From assembly GCA_951406725.2 (NCBI GenBank), contig OX597828.1:75764001-75828000 (forward strand): DNA of 64,000 bases, in the 5' to 3' direction. The notes below the pieces were generated by a model that was given only the letters and a program-made list of their open reading frames with translations, searched no databases and had not been told where the DNA came from. The position numbers and the translations under genes were made by a program. The stretch comes from Octopus vulgaris. Its lineage: Eukaryota. Shown here in pieces: positions 26,301 through 38,169 of the stretch. Positions within the stretch are counted from its first letter, which is position 1. The number at the start of each line of letters is the position of its first letter.

Positions 26301-27000
26301 GCGTAAAGAGTTGCTGGTGTAAAGCAAGAGGTGAATGTCTTTAATGGCCAATAATGAAACAACACAAACAAGGCCGCTTGGAAGAGTTGAAAGAGAAAAT
26401 TACGAGTGAAGTTGTTCTATTTATATTTTACGTCTCCAGTTTATCAAACAAACCACATATAAAAACAAAAATAAGCTTTTAATTCGCTTAATTTTCCTAT
26501 CAAACTATAATCATGGTTCCTTCATCTCAGTGAAGTGTTATTTTTTTAGTGGATATTGTAACCTGTTGTTTGGCTTGGTGATACTGGTTGTGCGGCGGAC
26601 AAAATACTTTGCACTATCTGTTCCGTGTTTTTACCTTCTACGTTCAAATCCAGCCGAAGTCAATTTGGTTTTTCATCATTTTGGGGTCGACTAAATAAAG
26701 TACCACTCAAATATTTGAGTCAATGGCATCAATCAACCCGCTCCTATCAAAATCGCTGGCTTTGTGCCGAAATTTGAAGAATTTTTTTTTTCTTTTAGGG
26801 TGGTGGTTTAGTTCGATCGTTTAAGTCTCAGAAGAATGTCTTGCGACGTTTGTTCTGTTTATGGTGTAAAAATAGATGCCAAATCATCCGGAAATGATTT
26901 TTAGCATAAATTTGCGTGTTACACAAACAGAAATTTGTTTCTCGGGGATATTAATCTTTATGTGTAGGCCGTCTATATTTATTTCAGCAATATTCAACTG

Positions 27001-27220
27001 CATATGGCGTAGTGGTTAAGAACGCGGGCTACTAACCCCAAGATTCCGAGTTCGATTCCAGGCAGTGAATAGTACTGCTACTACTACTAATAATAATAAT
27101 GATAATAATAACATCGAAAAATACGTAGGAATGAGAACCCAGATTCGAAATTTACCCAAGACACCTGACGAAGTCTGGAGGGTATATCAGCCGAAACGCT
27201 GTGTTACCAACAAACAAGTC
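27001..27220 (+). mobile_element. tRNA-headed SINE with hammerhead-like 3' module
   Basis: TGGCGTAGTGG (A box)...GAGTTCGATTCC (B box), then a (TAC)/(TAA) spacer, then ACAC-CTGACGA-agtctg..cagcc-GAAAC-GCT-GTGT at 27161-27204. Confidence 0.65.
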
Positions 27221-27222
27221 AA

Positions 27223-27625
27223 GGCGGCGAGCTGGCAGAATCATTAGCACGCTGGACGAAATGTTTAGCGGTATTTCGTCTGCCGTTACGTTCTGAGTTC
27301 AAATTCCGCCGAGGTCGACTTTGCCTTTCATCCTTTCAGGGTCGATTAAATAAGTACCAGTTACGCACTGTGGTCGATATAATCGACTCAATCCGTATGT
27401 CTCTCCTTGTTTGTTCCCTCTGTGTTTAGCCCCTTGTGGGTAGTAAAGAAATAGGTATTTCGTTTGCCGTTACGTTCTGAGTTCAAATTCCGCCGTGGTC
27501 GACTTTCATCCTTTCGGGGTCGATTAAATAAGTACCAGGTATGCACTGAGGTCGATGTAATCGACTTAATCTCTTTGTCTGTCCTTGTTTTCCTCCTCTA
27601 TGTTCAGCTCCCTATGGGCAATAAA
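27223..27625 (+). mobile_element. SINE family A, full copy plus partial tandem copy
   Basis: 27223-27455 full length; the body is repeated from GGTATTTCG at ~27454 to ~27625. Confidence 0.88.
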
Positions 27626-27646
27626 ACAAATATTATTTACATTTGA

Positions 27647-28025
27647 CAGGAGTAGCTGTGTGGTAAGTAGCTTGTTTACCAACCACATGGTTCCAGGTTC
27701 AGTCCCACTGCGTGGCACCTTGGGCAAGTGTCTTCTACTATAGCCTCAGGCCGACCAATGTCTTGTGAGTGGATTTGGTAGACAGAAACTGAAAGAAGCC
27801 CGTCGTATATATGTATATATATGTGTGCGTGTATGTTTGTGTTTGTCCCGCTAGCATTGCTTGACAACCGATGCTGGTGTGTTTATGTCCCCGTCACGTA
27901 GCGGTTCGGCAAAAGAGACCGATAGAATAAGTACTAGGCTTACAAAGAATAAGTCCCAGGGTCGAGTTGCTCGATTAAAGGCGGTGCTCCAGCATGGCCG
28001 CAGTCAAATGACTGAAGCAAGTAAA
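27647..28025 (+). mobile_element. SINE family B
   Basis: GGAGTAGCTGTGTGGTAAG...GGTTCAGTCCC...CCTTGGGCAAGTG...CAGCATGGCCGCAGTC. Confidence 0.9.
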
Positions 28026-29285
28026 AGAGGGTAAAAAGAGATATTTGTCATCTCAAATGCAAATAATATAAATAATGTGAATAATTCTTCATCTCTTTAA
28101 TATAGAACTGAAAAACAAATATTCAATCGCCTCGAATGCCTCAGTAGACATTTAAGTTGTTATCATCGAGGTCAACTTTACCTTTCATCTTTTGGGGGTC
28201 AAGAAAATACCAGCTGAACGCTTGTTTCAATGCAATTGATTTGCACCGCACCGCCCGCTTCCCTAAATTTTCGGGCCTTGTGAGTAGAGTGGAAAAGATT
28301 ATTTCCAGAAATTTCCAATGCTAAAGTAGAATTAAAGAAAATTTATTTGTTTATATATCTTATTCACCAAAATTATTACCAAAATTACCCTTATGAAAAT
28401 TTATTTTCCTCTATCTTCAAATTATGTATTTAGTTCTTTGAATTTTCATTTTATTTCTTAGGATTATATAGCATTAGGGATGTGTTAACTGTTCTGATGT
28501 TCATGATTACTTGAAATATCTAACATATTGCAATTAACACTAATTTGAGACAGCAAATAAACTGGCCTGTCATCATTAGAAGTCCATCGTTTTACTCTTT
28601 CGAATCGGGACCTCTAAAGTCTTATATGACTTTGTAAGTATGTGAGACGTTTCTATTTAATCTACGTAACGATATAATGGTTTATAAACATTGCTCTGCA
28701 CCGACTTAAACCAAACATTTTGTGTCTACGAAAGTTATGTGGTTTTATCAACTCGTAATTCTAAACATCAGCAACATGTTACGTACGAGGAAAGAATGTG
28801 AAATGACAAAAAGCAAAACGGAATTTCTGTTTTACTTCTGTCAAATGTTAAAGAGAAACCCTGGCAACTAAATACTTGAGGCCATTTTGCATCTTTGTTA
28901 ATTATGTGCGAAGGAAAAAGAAAGAAAATATTGTAATACTTTTCTTTTAATATTTCATATCTGTTTTCTCCACTTCTTTTGGCAACAAAACAACTTGTAA
29001 AGCTATTTATTTTAGTCAAAAATATTCCTTCTTAACACTTCTGAACTATTTCCGTTCAGCAAAGATAATACCCAAAGAATTATTGAGAAATTTCCATAAG
29101 AAGAAATAGGAGATATTTTATAGTTAATCCTTTTGTCCTTGCATCTGTGGAAATAAACAACATAACAGACATTCTGCATTACAATTTGTCTTCTTATCGC
29201 AGCAGTTACTAAAATACATGTTTGTTTTATCAGAGGGTTCTTTTCTCTTGCCTTCACTTTTGCTCACATCTTTAATAATCAGGTT

Positions 29286-29347
<62 letters not shown>

Positions 29348-29398
29348 CATACATATATCAATAAATGAACACACATTTCAACACACACGCACACATAC

Positions 29399-29456
<58 letters not shown>

Positions 29457-29984
29457 TGAGAGAGAGACTGTGTAGTTCATAGATAAGCATATGAATGGAT
29501 ACTCCATCATTTTCAACGAATACTATTCCAGTTGTTTGATCGCCTCGACATCCTATTCATCGAAATTATTGTGTAACTTTTAAGTGACTGAGTATTATGC
29601 AACCACGTGTATACTTCATGCAAATCTTGAGCATATTCAGTGTGACAGTGGTTCCTAAGTTATGGGTCAGGACCCCAAACACTGGCATCAAATTTTGGGC
29701 GCCATGATTGACTCCCAATAGCGATATGTGCATTTATACACCTCCCACACACAATCTATTTTTCATGAAATGCGATTATATGTGATTTATATAAGTGTTT
29801 GAGAATTCGGGTGAGAAGAGGTAAAATAAGCAACATAAATCCACCTGATGATGCCTACTACTTGTAGATCAACGCAGGTACAGAGGGGAACTTTCACTAT
29901 TGAAATATCTTTCATGTGAGATTTTATTGATGTGAAAGCTGATGTAAGGTCAAATAACAGTAATAACATCTTTGTACTATAGCC

Positions 29985-30176
29985 ACAGGGTCTGAAATTT
30001 CGAGGGAAAAGGGAAGAAGAGATCGACCCCAGTGCTTGGCTTGAGCTTTATTTTATCAAGATCAATGGATGAAGGCAAAATCGACCTCGGCGGCATTTGA
30101 ACTCAGAACTTAAAGACGGAAGAAATACTGCTAAGCATTTTATCCGGCGCAGTAACAATTCTGCCAGCTCGTCGCT

Positions 30177-30241
<65 letters not shown>

Positions 30242-30810
30242 CTTTTCTACTCTAGGTACAAGGCTCGAAATATTTTGGGAGGAGGTCAGTCGATTAGATA
30301 GACCCCAGTACGCAACTGATACTTAATTTATCGACCCCGAATGATGAAAGGCAAAGTCGATTTCGGCGGCATTTGAACTCAGAACTTAAAGACGGAAGAA
30401 ATGCCGCTAAGCTCTTTGTCCGGCGCGGTAACAATTCTGCCTGCTCGTCGCTTTAATAATAATAATCATAATAGTAATAATAATAACGCTCTTCAAAACT
30501 ATGACTATAAAAATCGTCATGATAGGGTAGAGCAGTATTTACATTGAAAATATGTAAAAACTACAAAATCAGCACGCCTGCTTACTTATTTCTTTATTGC
30601 CCACGAGGAGCTAAACATAGAGGGGACAAACAAGGACAGATAAACGGATTAAGTCGATTACATCGACCCAGTGCGTAGCTGGTTCTTGATTTATCGACCC
30701 CGAAAGGATGAAAGGCAAAGTCGACCTCGGCGGAATTTGAACTCAGAACGTAGCGGCAGACGAAATACCACTAAGCATTTCGCCGGCGTGCTAACGTTTC
30801 TGCCAGCACT
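29985..30810 (-). mobile_element. Three SINE family A copies separated by (TAA)n or unique spacer
   Basis: Copies at ~29985-30175, 30240-30450 and 30590-30810. Confidence 0.85.
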
Positions 30811-30879
30811 CCTGCTTACTGGTATGAACATCATCCCGAGCCAGTCGTTCAAGGTAAAAAGGTCACTATCCTCTGAGAT

Positions 30880-31370
30880 TTTCCTGTCAAAACAGATAGA
30901 ACGATCCAGGCTAATCGACACGAGACAGTTATTAAAATAGGTGTAAGTGTTCCCACTGATAAAAATACATCTGTAAATGAATTTGATAAATAAATGTAAG
31001 GACCTGGAAATTTAAATACAAAACATGTGGCATGTTAAAGCGAGAACTGTTCCTGTTATTTTGGGTGCCCTAGGTATGATAAGAAAGAGATGTCAGAAAC
31101 ATCTAGATAATATCCCAGGAGAACCATGTCTCAGAGAAATCAAAGAAATTGTGCTGACAAATACTACCCACATCCTTAGAAAAACCATATCCATTTAAAT
31201 GTATGTTTTGTATAACATGAAGATATTTCGCTGCTGCCCCTGCCACTTCCCCTCCCCTAGCTCTCAGTCATACTGTAACATTTCTTACCCTTCACTTGCC
31301 CTAGAACGCTGGGTGTATCTCGGCGAGTGATTGTAACAAATATGCAGATTAAAAGTAAATAATAATAATG
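30880..31370 (+). mobile_element. R4/Dong-like non-LTR 3' fragment (RLE domain)
   Basis: TDRTIQANR...VSVPTD...KDLEI...MWHVKARTVPVILGALGMI...HILRKTISI*, followed by a 3' UTR ending in TAA repeats. Confidence 0.8.
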
Positions 31371-31384
31371 ATAACAGTCTCTCC

Positions 31385-31592
31385 TACTATAGGCGCAAGG
31401 CCAGAAATTTTTGTGGGGAAGGAGACTATTCGATTAGATCTACCCCAGTATGCAACTAGTACTGAATTTATCGACCCCGAAAGGATGAAAGGCAGAGTCA
31501 ACCTCGGCGAAATTTGAACTCAGAATGAAAAGACAGACGAATTACCGCTAAGCATCTCGTCCAGCGTGCTAACAATTCTGACAGCTTACCGC
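31385..31592 (-). mobile_element. SINE family A
   Basis: Homologous to 27223-27455. Confidence 0.8.
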
Positions 31593-31593
31593 C

Positions 31594-31630
<37 letters not shown>

Positions 31631-31634
31631 CACC

Positions 31635-31723
<89 letters not shown>

Positions 31724-32001
31724 TTCTTTCTACTGGAAGCACAAGGTCTCAAATTTGGGGGAATATATATATATATATAAACACACGACGTGCTTCTTTC
31801 AGTTTGTCGGCCCGAGGGTACAGTAGAAGACATTTGTCTAAGGTGCAACGCAGTAGGACCCAGAACCATGTGCTTGGTAATCGCGCTACTTAACCAGAGA
31901 GCCACACCTGCGCCTATCTACTTTTCTTTCGATGCATGTATCAGTCTACTGTGAAAATACTGATAATCATTTTCCCTCTCTTCCTTTCAGTCACCACTCA
32001 C

Positions 32002-32041
<40 letters not shown>

Positions 32042-32189
32042 TCTCTTACTCTCTCTCTCTCTCTGTCACTCCTCTCTCTTGCTGACTCTTTGTCTTTTTG
32101 TACCTTTCCCGCCTACATTTTACCTCATCCTTCGAAATAAATGTGACATACACCACAGGTACATAAAAAAAATAACTAAGCGTATTAAT

Positions 32190-32294
32190 ATGATTGATAA
32201 TAATGATAATAATGATGATAATAATGATGATGATGATAAATAATGATGATGATGATGATGATAATAATGATGATGATGATAATAATGATGATGA

Positions 32295-32339
<45 letters not shown>

Positions 32340-32367
32340 TGATGATGATGATGATGATGATGATGAT
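32190..32367. repeat. (GAT)n/(GAC)n microsatellite
   Basis: Seen directly; explains the poly-D/M/S ORFs. Confidence 0.95.
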
Positions 32368-32369
32368 CC

Positions 32370-34072
32370 CCACCCCCAAATCAAAAATCCTAGAGTTAGA
32401 CGTACTGGAAACAAGCGCAGAGAAAATCTAAGCATATGAAAACCCATGCTAAAACTGAGGAGATATTCTTACTGATAAATGGCAAGAAAATGCCCAAAAA
32501 GAGTTAATAATACCGATGTTCACAAAGCCCTTACGAATCAATGGTTAGTGTTTTCTTTCTTAAAATCAGAGGCAGAAGGGTTTACCATAGCAGCCCCAAA
32601 TAAATGCTTACCTCCGAGAAGCTACCATGCCAACATCTTAAAGAACGGCAGTAGCCCAACATATCGTGTATGTAAACAACAAAATGAAACCATTGATCAT
32701 GTCTCCATGTGCAGTCGTTTTGCGTCTACAGAACACTTCAACAGGCATGATGGAGCAGTACAGTATATTCACTGGGTAATTTGCAGAGACTTGAACCTAC
32801 CTCATGGGTAGGGAACACAAACCACCGCCAGTGCTTGAAAATGATCACATCTCACTCATTTGGAACTTCATCTTTCAAACTGACAGAAAGATCGATGCGA
32901 ATAGGCCAGACATTATATTGAAGGACTTCAATAAAAATCATGCCTTCTCATTAATATGACTGTCCCAATCGACATAAATGTATCTGTCAAAACCTACCAA
33001 AAACTGAGCAAGTATAAAGGTCTTGGAATAGAAATTGGCAAAATGTGGAACCTCAAGACTAAAGCAATACCTGTTGTTATAGGTCATAGGTGCCCGAGAA
33101 ATGATAGCAAAAGAGGATGATTGCTACTTAGCTCAGGTATCAAAAAATAGAAGAAACTTTTGAAAATAGTGCTCATAGGAACTGCCCATACCCTTCGTAA
33201 AATGCTGTCTATATAATCGCACAAATATTTTCATCCGTAAAAAGTGTCAAAATACATAGCAAAAGTACATAACAGCAAACACCTTTTACTGTCGTCTTAA
33301 CATCAGACTATCATCTTATAATCAAATTACTTTTAAAACAAATCTCTAATTTACTTATGTTTTGACAGACATTTTCTAGAACAATAATAAAACTAAGTAT
33401 TGGGTTGTCCGGAAAGTTCATGCCTATTTATAGGAGCTTACCTTTCGACTTATTTTAGAACATCGTTGAGTCTATAAGTTAGGATTTGACTACACCTCCA
33501 TTTAGAGCACAGTTTAAGCTATCTGTTCGTGGAAGAAGGTTTATGTTCCTATAACCTGTGTTAATTCTGTAACCCTTTAAATTGGAAGATAAGAAATTTC
33601 ATTTTCGGCATTTGATGCTTTGGGAACCAGACATAAATTGCGGCTCGGCTGGGATGTGTTACCTCACCCTCCATACTCACCAGGTATTGCTCCGTCGGAT
33701 TTACACTTATTCAGGTCTCTGCAGAATAGTCTTAATGGTAAAAATTTCAATTCCTTGGATGACATAAAAAGATACCTTGATGAATTCTTTGCCATGAAAC
33801 CTCCTCAATTGTGGGAAGAGGGTATTTTCAAGTTAAAGGAAAGATGGAGACGCATTGTGCAACAAAATGGTTCATATCTGGTTGATTAAAAATGTAATGG
33901 CAAGTATTTATTGACCTTTTTCTTTCCTTTAAAAATCGGCACGAACTTTCCGGACAACCCAATATATGGCACCCTAGTCATAACACCAACGTGAACTTCT
34001 AACTTGTCTCTTGAAGTCTCTGGGTGAGATTTGGAGTCAACTTGTAAAAAAGCCAACTAAAAGCCAATAATG

Positions 34073-34150
<78 letters not shown>
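32370..34150 (+). mobile_element. R4/Dong-like non-LTR 3' portion (Zn finger + restriction-like endonuclease) with (TAA)n tail, interrupted by mariner
   Basis: WL...LKSEAEGFTIAA...YRVCKQQNETIDHV.MC...NRHD...YIHWVIC; VLENDHISLIWNF..QTDRKIDANRPDIILKD; [25 protein letters not shown]. Contains stops and frameshifts. Confidence 0.88.
33400..33962 (+). mobile_element. Internally deleted mariner transposon, copy 2
   Basis: TIRs TTGGGTTGTCCGGAAAGTTC / GAACTTTCCGGACAACCCAA with TA on both sides. LGWDVLPHPPYSPGIAPSDLHLFRSLQ. Same deletion junction as copy 1. Confidence 0.95.
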
Positions 34151-34152
<2 letters not shown>

Positions 34153-36476
34153 CCTTTCTAATTTAGACACAAGGCTTGAAATTATAGAAGCTTTGCTTGA
34201 CATCGAAAGGACGACAGGCAAAATCGACCTCGGCAGAATTTGAACTCGGAACAGAATGCTTAGTATTTTACCCGACTTACTAACGATTCTACGAGCTCTG
34301 TTGTTTTAATAGTAATAATTTGTGACTTCAGGGTCCTTCCTGCATCTAATCCTCTATAGAGTGTTATATGATTTGTCTATGCAAGATTTTCTCTTTGGCG
34401 ATACTTGTCCAAACAATGGCCAAGGAACGAACCAACACAAGGAATCTTCCTCTACGAGAAATAGCAGCTTAATTCCACGCAAAATTTACAACTTAACTCC
34501 TAAAAAGTGGAATGCAGATTTTATAGCATAGTTCTGGACAGGTATCGTGTTTGAACATTATAAAAGGTCAGTGACTGAGTCCCTTTTCTTTATAGTCGCA
34601 GTCGGGGAGAGAAAACTATGACGAAAATAACAATAATAATGACGAGGACGACTGAGCAATAGAACCGTAACAAAATTTTCAGAGGAAGTATGGTTTCTTG
34701 CTGAGAGTAATTTTCATATTAGAACATCTAAATATGCCAATTAAGTATGTTAGTAATGTATCTCGGCTTTTGACAGAGCCAACAAGGAAGTTATAGTTTC
34801 TGAAGATCGCTTTGGATAGAAACGGCAGAAAGTTTTGTATTAAAGACGTGATCATTATGAACCATCGGCAGCTACATATTAACGATCATCGCAAGCACGC
34901 AATATTTACACACACTCCAAATACGAATGCCGTTTAGCGGATGTGATATTCAGATTACTTTGAAAGACAAACGCATATGTTAGACTATTAATGCTTCGAT
35001 CATATATATGTGCATGGGTCATATAACACACACATTTATATATATATATAACTGTGTGAGTGTGTGTATGGGGTCGCGTGTGTATATATCGTACAGAAAA
35101 TTTCCGAGGGTGCTCTGTGTGTGTGTGTATGTGTTGGTGTGTGTGTTGTAAAGAAACTGTATGTCGTTGGCGGTAAACCATAAAAGTTAGTAACAAGCTT
35201 TTAGTGATTATTCGACGATAATCAGAAGAAACTAATACAGACAAGTATTGAAACATATTCGTTAAAAGAAACGTCATTAATATATGGCCTGCCTTCTGAA
35301 TAGATAACTGTGTGTGTGTGTGTGTGTTTGGGAGAGGAAGATAGAGCGATAGGGAGAGAGATAGGGAGAGAGAGAGGTATTAGCAGCAGTGTCCGTGATT
35401 CAAAAAGCTCTATTTCTCCCTCGGTGTATCAACTTCACACTAAATAATTATAGTGTGGAAATAAGCAGCGGAATGATAGCGATGGATTTAACGAGTTTCT
35501 TTATTGCAAACCACCCGTAATAAGTTGAAAGTATCAAGGACATGATTACGCTCACACGTGCCCACACATGCGCGCGCACGCACACTGACGAGGCTACTCA
35601 AAATTTGAGACCCGCATACACATGCGCACAAACATCTATTTACATTGCATATGCACACACACACAGGCACCAACATATACACATACGGGGCTAACAATTG
35701 TGCTTACATATACACACACAGACCGCAGAGATACGCACATACATATACAAACACACAGATATAGACGTACATATACAGGCAAATAAATGTATTTACATAT
35801 GCACACACGAGCTATATAGTTACACAGGTACATATATACACACATGTACACAGATGCACACAAACATACACACGCCTTAGCACACATATGAACACACACA
35901 CACACAAGAAATATCTTAGATCTGCATTGTCAAACATTTCACGTCTTGATTCATTAACGTTAAGACTTCAGAAAAGTGTTCATCAAACGCCTAAAATACG
36001 GAGCTGTGCCATGTGTCTCAATGTTATGATATGGAACAAAAAAGAAGCATTGATTTTTGCGCTGGTGGAGGCATATTTTGAAGATACGATGTAAATGAAA
36101 TCAAAAACCAAAACACCCCACCAAACCCGGGGGTAGCTGTGTGGTAGGAAGTTTGCTCCCCGAACATGAGGCTTCAGGTTCAGTCCCGTGCTAACGTTTC
36201 TGCCAACTCGCAGCCCTATATATATATATATGGATGTTACTGTAGCTTGTAGCCCCAGGAGAACATCTTCTCCAGCTACAGTAACATCCACTCTTAGTGG
36301 TTAGCCATATTGAGATGGCAAATATACTTCAGATTGTCGTGCAGTTACTGTCCATACCTCGTTCAGAGATTCATTATTGCTTGTATACACTTTTTCAAGA
36401 TCAGTGACGAAAAGTCACTGGTAAAAGGATATAAATATTTGCATTGGGACCCTCCCATCGAAAACCGGTGATTGTC

Positions 36477-38116
36477 ACGCGGACGCGTTTGTGTCGGTTT
36501 TTCGGATTTGCGGTTGTGAGTTGAATTTTGTTGATTATTGTTGTTGAGAACTGTTGCGTCGTGCTGAATTGTTGAATTGTTTGTTGGGTATGCAAGCCCA
36601 AACTTATGCGGGAGCAGCAGGCAAAAGCCTGGCTGCGAACAAATTATTGTTAAAAGAAATAATTATAGAGAAGGAAAATCTGAGGAAATACTACGACAGC
36701 TTCAAGAAGGAAGGAGACTGTCTGAGGGTTACACCACCTGAAGACGAAGTGAAAAAAGCGGAGAAAAAACCCAAAACATACAGAACATGGAATGTGGTCT
36801 CAAAAAGAATAGAAGTAGCAGAAGTGGAAGAGATTGAAAAATGTCTACAAGAAATAAAAGGAAGAACTACCTTCTTCAATAGAGGTAGAAAATACGCTAC
36901 GGTAGACGTTCGCTTCGAAAATGAAGATGAAGCGAAAAGGAACGCAACGACAGTGTTGAGATCGGAAAAATGGGTTTTACTCCTAGTTATTGTGGAAGAA
37001 GAGCGGTGAGGATACGAATAAGCAAAATCCCACCGGAACTTGATACCGAAAGATTAGTAGCTGCAATAATCTACAACTGCAAGGAGAACGTGGACATACT
37101 TAAGGTGGAAAAGTCGAATAAAATAAACTGGTGGGGTTATGCGGTGGAAGCCTTAATCCACATAACCATGCCAGATTTGTATAACATCCCGGAGGAGTTG
37201 GTGTTCCCCGACGAGACACGACTGAGAGTCGTGGTGGAGGGGAGACCTCCAGTGTATTATAAATGTAAGAGAAGAGGGCACATGGAAGATGTGTGTCCTG
37301 AAGGAGAAATACAAGAGAGGAAGATGACACTGGAGGAAGCAATAAGAGCTTTGACAGAGGATTTAGGAGATAATATGGAAAGTGACGACGAGTTAGTGAA
37401 TGAGAAAGAAGAGGAAAGAACAGAAGAAAGAGAGGATAGAAAGCGAACACGGGTGGAATCACCACCCAAAGACCAAAAAAAGAAAAACACTAAAAAGAAG
37501 TATGCTGACGAGACAGAGGATCGAACGCACGAAGGGAGAGATACAGCAACTAAGGTGAGTGAAGGTTCAAGGTGGGAGGAATGGGGAAAATGGTCAGCAA
37601 AAGTGGAAGAATGTCTGAAAACATGCAAGGAAGGAGGAAGAGCCAAAGGAAAGAATCTCAGAGCTGTAATATTGTACACAAAATATAAAGAAATTGAGAA
37701 AAAATTAGCAATAACTAAAAATCTAACGAGAGTGAAATTGAACCCGCGAATATACGATAACCAATTTAAGGCTGCAATAGTGGAAAAAGAGACGGTAAAT
37801 AAATTTAAAAATTTATTTTCAGATACAGCTGTAACCATAGTGCATTACGTTCGATATGTATGACAGTTTGCCCGGAGTTATAGAGCAAGATGAATTACTC
37901 GTTTACATTACGGACGAACACCCCAGATAGTATAACTGTAATATAAATGAAACTGCGAGCTTTGGGAGGCTCGTAAGCCATTTCATTTAATTTATTGTTA
38001 ATAATTCATTTCATTTAATATCATCCTTTTCATTTTTATAATATGTGCCCCATATCCTGTATTGTATTGTTATGTCCCCTCTCCATTCAGGCCATTGTGC
38101 CTATAATAAAGAGAAA
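36477..38116 (+). mobile_element. Complete 1640-bp ORF1-only non-LTR element (copy 2)
   Basis: 10-bp TSD GGTGATTGTC at 36467-36476 and 38117-38126. GT-rich 5' leader, single ORF, ~250-nt 3' UTR ending AATAAAGAGAAA. No room for an RT/EN ORF. Confidence 0.85.
36590..37863 (+). pseudogene. ORF1p/gag-like protein, ~424 aa when one frameshift (~36980) is repaired
   Basis: ORFs 36554-37009 and 36970-37863 join into a protein collinear with copy 1. 1-nt deletion near TTACTCCTAGT; knuckle reads YYKCKRRGHMEDVC (first Cys replaced by Tyr). Confidence 0.85.
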
Positions 38117-38126
38117 GGTGATTGTC

Positions 38127-38169
38127 GTGCGCTGGTGACGGGTCAATACCCAGAAACTGCAGTCCGTGC
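38127..38169 (+). ncRNA. Minimal type I hammerhead ribozyme (one core substitution)
   Basis: GTGCG-CTGGTGA-cGGGT caat ACCCa-GAA-AC TGCA GT-C-CGTGC. Palindromic stem III (ACTGCAGT), GUC triplet; core CUGGUGA instead of CUGAUGA. Confidence 0.72.

Noticed and set aside
27001-27070. Possible tRNA genes (also at 4640-4715, 47518 and 56487)
   Set aside because: A/B boxes are present but there is no convincing acceptor stem, and each continues into a repeat body, so they are SINE heads.
32194-32439. Poly-Asp acidic protein ORF
   Set aside because: It is a (GAT/GAC)n microsatellite abutting a LINE fragment.
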